Shown: positions 47,850-58,203 of the stretch, one piece after another
Position numbering within the stretch: position 1 is the first letter of the stretch
Layout: every line of letters starts with the position of its first letter
Origin: an uncultured bacterium
GTDB taxonomy: Bacteria > Patescibacteriota > Patescibacteriia > CAIQCM01
NCBI GenBank assembly: GCA_963708045.1
Contig: OY970181.1
Location: forward strand, 971,042 to 1,035,041
DNA length: 64,000 nucleotides
Reading direction: 5' to 3'
Made by a program: the position numbers and the translations under genes
Notes under the pieces: generated by a model
Seen by the model: only the letters and a program-made list of their open reading frames with translations
What the model was told of the DNA's origin: nothing
The model's database searches: none

Positions 47850-49334
47850 TCAACTTCTCTTCAAAATTCTAACAATCCCCTTTTCCGCATCAACTTCAAC
47901 AAGGTCGCCATCTTTGAATATCTTTGTTGCAAATTTAGTACCAATGATACAGGGTATCTTTAACTCGCGCGAAACAATGGCGGCGTGGCAAGTGATTCCG
48001 CCTTCGTCGGTGATCACGGCCAAACTCCTTCTCATTGCTGGGACATATTCCGGAGTTGTCATCGCCGTCACTAATATTTCACCATCCTCCAATTTGCTAA
48101 TTTCTGATGGTGTCAAAAGAATTCTGATCTTGCCGGTGGTTATTGCCTGAAGACCTCTTGAACCAATCTGCCCTTTAACAAACTCGGCAGAATCATTTTT
48201 GGGCGTAGCTTGCGCCACAAAGGCCGCGGATTTTTCTTCGTCCCACATTTCGCAAACACCATCTTTCCAATGCATTATGAAAGCGCCATTTATTCTTTTT
48301 TCCGCAAGCGCGATCAATTTATCGGCCTCGTGTTCATATTGTTTGATTTCATCAAGCACCAGATACTTTAAATGAAGAATTTTTACGCCGAGCCGTTCGG
48401 CAATCTCATTAATGATCCGGTGAAAAACTTCGTGTGCTTGAAAAGTAAATTCTTTACGCTCGTCGGTCATTAAAGCCAGAGTGTGTGTTACTTCTACCAA
48501 CCGTCTGATCGGCGCGGTGATTTTATATTTATCGTAGATCGCGTTTTGCTTTTTTAAAATGTTGTCTTTGTAGAAAACAATTTGTTTAATGCGTTCTTCA
48601 ATCATCACCCGATCTTTTGTCGCCAAAATATTCTTTATACTTTTTAAGTAGTGTTCGCGGTCATAAAGAGCCGGGCCGTCGTAACCAAACGGTATCCAAT
48701 AATATGCTTGGACGAGATTCTTTAGTTCTCGTTCAATTTTTTCAGGAATACTTTTATCAAGATTACATCCGCTATCAATCGTCTTTATGGCAACTTCAAG
48801 TATTTCCCTTTCTTCGTTGGAACTGAACGAAGGAATAGAAGGCGTAAGCAATGTTGCAATATCTTCGGTGCTAACTAAAAAAATCTCTGATAATTTCTTT
48901 TGCAAATAAGCATGTAAATAATCTCCCCCAAAGAACCAGGGCGAAACATTTAATTGATCATGCGCGATCCAAGCACCTTCAAGATCCTGATACGCTTGAA
49001 ACAGCTTTTCAATCGTGAACTTAGAAAGATCACTTTTTCTAAGACGACGAGAGAATTTTACCAATTTTTTTCCGGCGACTTTTTGTTTTTTGTAAAGAGT
49101 CGGTATGTAAGACTTATCATTGATCATTCGGTCGCGCAAAAATTCACCAACAGCATCCCATTCCGTTTGCAAATAAAATGACGTGTAGCTGACATTGTGA
49201 ATATACTGCCAAATTTCATGAGGGCACGTACCGTGAATCTCCCGTGTTTTCGGTTGCGACTCACTACATCCGTTCCAGTGTGCCGGGATCGGATGAATCT
49301 TTCTAGATCTGGGTATAAAATATTTTTCCGACAT
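47850..49334 (-). CDS. array paralog A1: Trp-containing N-terminal region of unknown function plus a C-terminal PEP-utilising-enzyme swivel (phosphohistidine) domain
   Basis: The C-terminus ...[75 protein letters not shown] aligns to the E. coli PpsA His-domain block [48 protein letters not shown]. Start taken at MSEKYF, 2 nt from A2's stop. Confidence 0.8.
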   Translation of the reverse strand: [494 protein letters not shown]

Positions 49335-49335
49335 A

Positions 49336-50739
49336 TTATTGTATTTTTTTAACAATTCCTTTAACCGCATCAACTTCAACAAGATCGCCGTCTTTAAGCA
49401 CTTGCGTTGCGATCTGTGTGCCAATAATGCACGGCTTGCCCATTTCCCGTGCCACAATCGCTGCGTGCGAGGTCACCCCGCCGCGATCGGTTACAAAGGC
49501 CGCCGCTCTAGCCATAGCCGGAATAAAATCGGGCGTTGTTTCGGGTGCGACCAAGACCATCCCCTTTTTTACTTTGACATTATCCGCCGGAACTAGAACA
49601 ACCGCGACAATGCCCGTTACCAAGCCCTTGCATCCAATATTCCCCTTAAATTCTTTTACCTCACTACCCAGAACAATCAAACCAAGATCTTTAAGTTGTT
49701 CCCGCAACTCGTCACCAACGGAAATATGGATCACTCCGTTTTCTTTATACATCCCAAAACCTTTTTGTCTTTCTTTGATCTTAATATTTATGCCGTCGTT
49801 TATGCCACGGTCAAGCGACTTGATTTCTTCGGTCGTAAGAAAAACAATGTCATCGTATTCCAAATCAAATTTTTTTGCGAAATTAGTCAGCGCCGTGCGG
49901 AAAGAATATACCAAATGAGCCGAACTCTGGGCACAACCCAAACGTTGTTTTGTTGTTTCCGCGACAATGTCAAAAAAATCTTTGATCTCATCGGGAACAT
50001 TGGTTTTTTTAGCCTCAACAACGTTGGAATGTCCAATTGCTTCAATAAATTTATTCATCGTCCGTGCTTCGCCCCAAAAATGATGCGTTCCGATATATTC
50101 TGTTTCTTTTTGATATTTTTCCATTGCTCCAGCTAGTTCAATATTTTTTTCTTTGATCACGGCCAGATTTAGAGGCAATTTATTTTTTTCAATTTCTTGC
50201 TTAAATATAAAAAGCTTCTTTTGATCTTCAGTCAGCATATTCGCGAGCTGGGGTATTTTAGAATTTAAAACATCAACCGAGATACCGGACTTATCCGCGT
50301 AATTTTTTAAATATATATCAGCCGCGTCGCTAACGGCAAAACATGCCATCCAAGGAAAACGGATGCGCTTTATTGCTTCCAAACTATCCATAAGCTCGGA
50401 GACCGTCGCATCCACCCCAAGCGAATGAGAAAGTTTTAAACACTCATTAGCAAGAACCTCGCCATAATGAAGAATTTTTTTCGCTGTATCAGATTTCCCT
50501 TCTTTAAACTCCTTCGCCACCAAGTCGCGAATAAACGGATACGCGCCGTTGTTTGGAAACATGTAATTTCCATCCAAAGCAATACCCGAGATGGCGTCTG
50601 GTGTTACTCCGAGCTCACGCGACTCGGGCGTATCACACCAATCCATCCAAGTTTCATACTCAAGTATCGGCGCTATCCAGCGCCCTAATTTAAAATATTC
50701 GTTCTTGTTAAATTTTCGCGCATCCATTATTTTTTCCAT
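49336..50739 (-). CDS. array paralog A2 (TSH variant)
   Basis: ...[75 protein letters not shown]. The linker [13 protein letters not shown] resembles PpsA DIFSLTNEEVQEL. Confidence 0.8.
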   Translation of the reverse strand: [467 protein letters not shown]

Positions 50740-50744
50740 AAAAA

Positions 50745-51818
50745 TTATTTTATCTTTCTAACGATCCCCGTTTCCGCATCAAGTTCAAGGAGATCACCGT
50801 CTTTAATCACCTGCGTGGCAAACTTAGTGCCGACAATGCAAGGTTTTTTAAGTTCGCGGGCAATAATAGAAGCATGACAGACGACACCTCCTTCGTCGGT
50901 AATAATTCCAGCCGCCTTCATGCAAGCAATCATCATATCCGGCTTGGTCATATCTGTTACGATGATCTCCCCCTTTTCCACGTTGTATCCATTTTTAATT
51001 ATTTTTTCATTATCGCTTTGGATTATTACTCTTGCCCTGCCTTTAACCACGCCGCCAAAAACCGGCGAACCTTTAATTACACTTTTATCCTTTGGTAAAA
51101 CCAAATCATTTACTTTGTTCCATAAAATTATGGCGTCGTTTTCTATAAACAACCTTGATTGCTCCCCCTCTCTTAAAAGAGCATAACCATTTCTACGTTT
51201 TTTTATTTCAACTTCCGCAACTTTTCGTCCTTCATGTAACAAACCAGTCATTTCGTCAAATGAGTAAAAATAAAGATCTTTTTGTATATCCAATCCGTTT
51301 CTTCGCGCAATTTTTTTTAAAAATTTTCCGAACACAATATCAGCAAGAAGAGGTAATAATTTTCTTAGCTCTAACCTAAGGGTTGCTATTTTTTCTAAAT
51401 CAACATTCTCTTTTGTTAGCTTGCGCGTTTTGGAGTCTTCCGCCCTCGTATAAAGTTCGCTGTATTTATTTAATTCCGTCCGAAAAATATTAAACAAACT
51501 CACCAGCTCTTCTGTGTTTAATTTTTTAAAATCAAATTCTTTGTATTTATTAAATATGTCATCCACCTCCTTAATTATTTCTTGCGATTCTTTTTCAAAT
51601 GAAAAAATATTTTTCTTTTTTAAAAAATAATCAGGACCGGTTTCTTCATAATTTTTTGCAGAATCGTTCAAATGGTAAAAATGAAGCATTCCATTTTTAT
51701 AGAAAAACAACGTTGACTCACCCAGATAATGCTCGCTATCGGTCAACCAAAAAAGAGGCATTATGGTTTCCCTAGCCCAAAACTCAACACTATTTATTAT
51801 CGGCAAATTAGATTTCAT
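50745..51818 (-). CDS. array paralog A3
   Basis: ...[75 protein letters not shown]. Confidence 0.8.
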   Translation of the reverse strand: [357 protein letters not shown]

Positions 51819-51836
51819 TTTTTATAACTACCAACC

Positions 51837-52898
51837 TTAACCCTTTTTCAAAATTCTAACAATCCCCGTTTCCGCATCAACTTCCACAAGATCGCCGTCC
51901 TTAAAAACTCGAGTCGCGATCTTCGTACCGATGATGCAAGGTTTTTTAAGTTCGCGGGCGACGATGGCGGCGTGCGAGAGAACGCCACCTGTATCGGTCA
52001 CAAAAGCAGCGGCTTTTTGCATAAGCGGCAAATATTCTGGACGCGTCATTCCGGTAACGAGAATATCACCATCTTTAAAATTTTTTGCGTCGGAAGGATC
52101 ATGAATCACCCTAACAATTCCCGATACTTTTCCTTTAAAAGCCGCCGTCCCTTTTATTTCTTCTTTTTTTGATTCGATAAAAACAGCTTTCTCAATCGTA
52201 TTAACATTATTATCGGTAACAACACTCATTGCTCCGTCAATAAAAAGGAGCGCACTTTTTTTAAATCGCTTTTCAAGAACTTCTTGCGAAGGAAAGCTCT
52301 TCCCCGAAAGACAATCACCAAGCTCGTCTTTGGTAAGGTGCAAAATATACTTCGTCGGATAATTTATTTTTTTGCCAACTTCAGCCGCATATTTGTTCAT
52401 AAACTCTTCGGTCTTAGCAAAGACCGGCTCGGCATAAAGACGAGCCGAATCAAGATCGGACAAAAATTTCCCCAGAAATTCTTTTGGAAGATAGTCTGTA
52501 ACAAACTTGACATTAATATGCGGCTTATAATATGCATCTTGCGCCGCCCAAAACCTATTGTAGATATCATTGGTTATTTCCGCGTTCTCGGATTCGGCAA
52601 TTAGGTCAAGAATGTCCTTGGTCTTATTTCTGAAATCAGCAATTACTTCATTTGCTCGGTTAGGCTTCTCAGTCCACTCTCTGGCCAGATTTTTGCCAAA
52701 AGTATCTCGTTCATGTTGCATACCAAAACAAGAACTTTTTCCCTCTTCAAAAAAGAAAATAGTTTTATGCAAAAAAACCTTGCCATTGATAATATAGTCC
52801 CTGGTATAGCGCTCTCCCCAATAAGAACATGTCAAAAAACTCCAACGGCCAGCCCATATTTTTATCCAATCGCTTGCTTTAAAATCTGCTTGGTTCAT
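51837..52898 (-). CDS. array paralog A4 (TSH variant)
   Basis: ...[77 protein letters not shown]. Start taken at MNQADF, 5 nt from the methyltransferase stop. Confidence 0.8.
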   Translation of the reverse strand: [353 protein letters not shown]

Positions 52899-52902
52899 AA
52901 AC

Positions 52903-53601
52903 TTATAGTGAGAGAGTATAAATAGATATGCGACCCCGTTGTAAACCGTCCTTTGCCTCGACACTAAACCGTTCAACTACCTTGTACCCGTGTTTCTTTG
53001 CTTGAGTTGCTGGATTATTAAGCGGTCCCGCGAGATGAAAATAGGGCATCACGATCATTGCATCTTTTTTTAGATATTTTTTAGCCGAGTCTAAAAACCT
53101 ATGGATTAGCGACCCGCGACTTATTCCCTTGATAGGCGTTGATATTTGTTCATCTATCGTTCCATCTGAAAAAAACGGGTGATTGAAGACGATGAGATCA
53201 AATTTTCCCGTAACATTTTCAAACAGGTCGCTCGCGACGACCCGCGCCACAGCACCAAGAGAATATCTTTTTACATTCTCGTTGGTATTTTTTATCGCAG
53301 AAGAGGAAATATCAGCGAACATTATTTTTTTTGCACCATATAAACCCATTACCACCCCTTGGATACCAGTCCCTGACCCCATATCCAGAACATCTCCATT
53401 CCGATATAATCCATTATTAAAAAACAGCCATTGGGCGAGATCAAGCGCGGACATTATATCGGGACGAAGAACAAAAGAATTAACTTTAAAATTTTTTAGC
53501 TGATGACCAGCTCCAAGAATAATATCAGTTATATAATTATCGTGACGATGCGCCTTAATCTGTTTATTAAATTGTTTTTGTTGTTGTAGGTTTAGTTTCA
53601 T
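52903..53601 (-). CDS. small class-I SAM-dependent methyltransferase (MTS / RsmC-like small domain) embedded in the array
   Basis: SAM motif I VLDMGSGTGIQGVV, acidic motif II (FADIS), and motif IV FNHPFF (an NPPF/NPPY-type variant). Confidence 0.6.
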   Translation of the reverse strand: MKLNLQQQKQFNKQIKAHRHDNYITDIILGAGHQLKNFKVNSFVLRPDIMSALDLAQWLFFNNGLYRNGDVLDMGSGTGIQGVVMGLYGAKKIMFADISSSAIKNTNENVKRYSLGAVARVVASDLFENVTGKFDLIVFNHPFFSDGTIDEQISTPIKGISRGSLIHRFLDSAKKYLKKDAMIVMPYFHLAGPLNNPATQAKKHGYKVVERFSVEAKDGLQRGRISIYTLSL

Positions 53602-53603
53602 AA

Positions 53604-55100
53604 CTATTTTCCTTTATTAACAACCCTGACGACCCCCTTATCCGCGTCCACTTCAACCATATCCCCACTTTTAAATATCTGTGTCGCTACCTTCGTACCG
53701 ATAACGCAAGGTTTTTTAAGTTCGCGGGCGACGATGGCGGCGTGGCAAGTGATCCCACCCTCATCAGTCACGAAAGCGGCTGATTTTTTCATTAAGCTTA
53801 AATAATCTGGCCGCGTCATACCGGTAATGAGTATATCACCATCGTTAAATTCGCCAGGGTTATGCGCGTCCATAACCACCCGGGCAACGCCCGTAACCTT
53901 GCCCTTAAAAGCCACCATCCCTTTAATCTCGTTCGTTTCCCCTGTTGCAAGTGGCGGGCTGATCTTTTTATAAAGTGCCCCTGCCTTACTACCAGCCAAA
54001 CACATTTCTTGACCAAAAATATCTCTAAAATATATGAATTCTTCCTTGCGCTCATTAACCGCAAAATCTTCTATGGTTTTTTTACCAGAAATAATCTCAT
54101 CCAGCTCCCACGGCAGAAGCATAATTGCATCCTCATAGTTAAGATGCTGTTTATCGCAAACAAATTCCAAGTGTCTTCCAAGATAATAGTTGGCGAGTAA
54201 GTTATATTCCTTACGGCGATCCACCCACCAACCGATTTTTCCCAGCCACAAAACCTTTTCATAATCATCTGGATCAAATATGGCTTGTTTTTTTATCTGA
54301 TTGCAGGCTTTTTTATGGTTGGCGGCGAAATCACTTAAAGTCTCAATTTCTGCTTTGTGGTCAGTTTTTATATCAGCCAAAACTTCAAACAATTGCTCGG
54401 CAAAAAATGAGACCGGCAGCGCAGAAATATTTTTATAGTTGTTCTTTATCCAGTGATATTCTTGTTGAATATTTTCTAGAGCGGATTTAATTTCCTTATT
54501 TGCCAACAAGTCTGATGTTGAAGAAAATTTAGTATCTATTAATCGGAGGGCGAGTTTTAATAATTCCTGACGATATCGATTTATAAATGTCTCCCCATAC
54601 TGTTCGGCGAGAATACGCAACTCCTCGCTACAGTACGGGTATTTTTCTTTCATCTCGTTAAAAAACCGTTCACCGTAAATCAGGACACCATTGATTGTAA
54701 CGGCGGGAATGTACTCGGCATCGTAGACGCGAATGAATTCGTCAAAATTTTGGTGAAGATATTCTTCACCCTCTTTCTTAACGAGTCCGATAAATTTTTT
54801 ATACTTATCTTCGGCTTTCAGAAAATCGGCGTATATTCTATCTAAAATACTCCGATCGCTCATCAATTTTAAAAACGAGGCATAATACTCCTCTTCGTCG
54901 GCCAGATACCCACCAACCGATCCGGCTTGGGTAATATGGAATCCGCAAAAAGTTTCCAAAATAAATTCCGGATAGCGTTTATATACACCCTCAGTCCATT
55001 GTCTAAGACCAAAACCAATAACATACGGGGTCATGCTCGAATTTTTAATAAGCCAATTTTTAACTTTAGCAATGCGTTCTTCTATAGTCAGCTCTTTCAT
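53604..55100 (-). CDS. array paralog A5
   Basis: ...[78 protein letters not shown]. Confidence 0.8.
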   Translation of the reverse strand: [498 protein letters not shown]

Positions 55101-55678
55101 AATTCCATCTTCTTTAATTTATTCTCGGCAATTTGCTTAAGCTTTGGATCAAAAAATGTTGCGAGAGTTTTTTCAAGCATCTCTTTTATATAATTTTGAT
55201 CCTTAATAAGCGCGCCCATTTTCTTTAGCCGTTCGGTGTTAAAGCGATCCATACAATCTACGTCATGGAATACGCGCTTATTTTCCGAATCATAAACTTT
55301 ATTAATGTCAGTACTTTCAAGCTGATCGGCGTCATGCATACTAATTATCTCAACAATCTCCAATGACTTTGCTGGATCATATCCCACAGCACCAAGAATC
55401 TCCTTGGCAATTTTGGCGCCAGCGAGCATATGCACGAGCTTGCCGTTCTTAACTTTTTCCGTACCAGTAATGTATTTAAAATGCTCGGGCAGGATCGCCG
55501 AGTGGCCAATGTCGTGCATTATTGCAACGGGAATAAGAATATCAAAATATTTCGGATCAACATTGTTGACAATAAATTCAACAACCTCAAGCGCGTGCGT
55601 GTCGTCCCCCGGCCGCCCCTCTTTTAGAATCGGTTCAGCTTTTTCCCAAATTTTTAGATATTCATTAGGTATTCGCAT
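55097..55678 (-). CDS. HD-domain phosphohydrolase embedded in the array
   Basis: H...HD motif (AIMHDIGH) and downstream HDAD; ATGA overlap with A5. Similar in size and architecture to the HD protein at 483-1034. Confidence 0.65.
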   Translation of the reverse strand: MRIPNEYLKIWEKAEPILKEGRPGDDTHALEVVEFIVNNVDPKYFDILIPVAIMHDIGHSAILPEHFKYITGTEKVKNGKLVHMLAGAKIAKEILGAVGYDPAKSLEIVEIISMHDADQLESTDINKVYDSENKRVFHDVDCMDRFNTERLKKMGALIKDQNYIKEMLEKTLATFFDPKLKQIAENKLKKMEL

Positions 55679-55680
55679 AT

Positions 55681-57171
55681 TTATTTTATTTTTAATATCG
55701 TAACAATTCCTAGGTCGGCATTCACTTCCACCATGTCGCCGTCTTTAAAAACCTTGGTCGCGATCTTGGTGCCGATTATGCACGGTTTTTTCATTTCCCG
55801 AGCAACGATCGCGGCATGCGAGGTAATCCCGCCTTGTTCCGTTACGAAAGCGGCTGCTAATTTCATTGCCGGCACAAGATCCGGATTGGTCGCGATGGCA
55901 ACAAGAATATCGCCAGCAACAAGTTTATTAATGTCCGATGAGGTATTTACAATTTTTACTCTTCCCACCACTTTTCCAACGCACGCAACTTGTCCTTTTA
56001 GCTCGGTAATATTTGAATAGTCCTGCGCCCTAAGCGTGTCTTCAAATTTAGCACAATCTTGGTTAATAGCGATAATGTCTAAGCCTTTTTCAGCATAATA
56101 GACACAATGTTGTGTCCGTTGTTCTAAAATTTTCTTTAGCTCGCTTCTTACCTCCCCCGCCTTTAAACTATCAATGACTTCGTCCGGCATCATAAACCGG
56201 CTTTGCATTATTGTTATTCCCAATCGCTTAGAAAGCTCGGCAAACAAAAAATCCATCTTGTAAAACCACAGCAATTGGACGCGGCGGCGGTATGCCTTGG
56301 TAAATGAAAACTCCGCATACTCCAAGAAAAGTTTCTTTTCGGACGAAGTTAATTTTAATTCGTTGGAATATTTTTCCGCGAGTGCTTTGTCGTCGTCCCG
56401 TTTTTTCTGTTCGGTTTTTAACAATTCTTGCGGATCGCCTTTTTTAATCAAATCATAAACTGCTTCGCGATATTCTTCTGTCGTCGTTCCTTCTTTTCCA
56501 ACCAGCTGATGCATGAAATAAAAATATTTTTTATGGTGTTCCGCAAGAGCTTTTTCAAAAGCAGGGTCGTTTTTACTTTTTAAAATCGCCAGATTAATGA
56601 GCGATTCATATTCTTCCTGAATAAAACTTTTTTCGTTGGAAAAGCTTAGCGCCGCCAGTGCTTTATTCGCCTCTCCTTCATCGTTGATCTTTTTCATCAA
56701 GACATCTTTAAGATACGCCGTAAAATGACCGTGGAACATATCAACCGCGTTCGGCAACCAGCCCCAAACGTAAAATTGGGTGTGAACTTTATCCAATTGC
56801 AAATAAAAATCAGCCAGATCGGAATTACTTAGCTTGCATAATTTCTCCAAAGAAATTTTTAAAGTTTCCGCCTCCAACCTGTCGGCGGTTTTTCTGATAT
56901 TAACATTGATCTTCTTCCCAAGATCTTCATTAATAATTTTGTCTAAAATTATCTTAGAAACATTTTCCGAATCCTTGTCGCCATAATAAAATTTTAAATT
57001 ATATCCGGAGTAAACAGACATTACCTTTTTATAATTTATTCCAATCGTTTTTTCCAAATCATTCACAAAAGACGAAAGCCAGATCTGTGAAAACTGAAAA
57101 TCTATATTAGGTATATCCTCAGCCAAAATCCAAGCGTCGTTGTCGTTCAAATATTTTGGTTCGTCGTTCAT
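55681..57171 (-). CDS. array paralog A6 (TSH variant)
   Basis: ...[77 protein letters not shown]. Confidence 0.8.
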   Translation of the reverse strand: [496 protein letters not shown]

Positions 57172-57173
57172 AA

Positions 57174-58193
57174 TTATTTAATTATCCTTACAACCCCTTT
57201 CCCCGCGTCAACTTCCACAAAATCGCCGTTCTTAAGAATTTGAGTGGCAATCTTGGTGCCAATAATGCATGGCTTTTTCATTTCGCGCGCGACGATGGCG
57301 GCGTGGCAGGTGATTCCGCCTTCGTCAGTCACGAACGCCGCCGCTTTTTTCATCGCCAGCAAAAAGTCCGGCGTTGTCATTGGCGCAACAAGAATATCGC
57401 CTTCTTCCACTTCTTGCATATGACTTTGTTTTTTTACAATCCGCACCGTGCCGCGGACTAAACCAGCAAAGGCGACCTGCCCCTTAAACTCACTAACATT
57501 TTTAATATGCGCCAAGCCTTCAAAAATATATTCGGGATTTTCTTTGGTAAAATCATCTAACGTTCCCAGGTACGATTTTACGCCATCAACGAGCAAGAAT
57601 GATTGAAGACGTTTATCCAAAATTTCTTTTGACGGCAATTTTTCTAATTCATTTGGCAAAACAACGCCCGCCTGTTCTAGGGTGAAGCCACCGAGTTTAG
57701 CAATATTCTTTCGGACAAAGACATCGTTATCGGCAAAAAAATCACCCATTTTTCTTGATTCAACGGCCATTGCTTTGGCCTCGTCGGAATTTCGCTCATC
57801 GGTTCCGACGTAAAAGAAAAGCGTGCCCCATAAGGCGGCATTATAAACTAGTTCCGTATAAGCTTTTATTTCCGCCAATGAATTTAAATATTCTTTTTGG
57901 TGTATCTTTTTTAGCTCGTCAAGATAATCTTTATATTCATTGAGAATATTTTTTAAAAATCCTAACCCTTTTTTGTTTTCTTCAAAAAGCTTATCCAAAA
58001 ACCATTGAAAAGCTTTTTTATGCTGCCAAATTTCCACCACGCCATCGTTTACATAATGCGCGATGAATGGAAGGTACGGATTGTCCCAGCCAATTTTTTC
58101 TTTAATAAGAACGGTGAGCCCTTTGGCCCACAACCCTTGCATAAACAAGGTCGTATCTCTAGAAAAATCTTTGGTGAATTCAATTCGTTCCAT
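57174..58193 (-). CDS. array paralog A7 (short form, about 340 aa)
   Basis: ...[75 protein letters not shown]. N-terminal motif [28 protein letters not shown]. Start taken at MERIEF to avoid a 92-nt overlap with A8. Confidence 0.8.
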   Translation of the reverse strand: [339 protein letters not shown]

Positions 58194-58203
58194 ATTAATT
58201 TGA

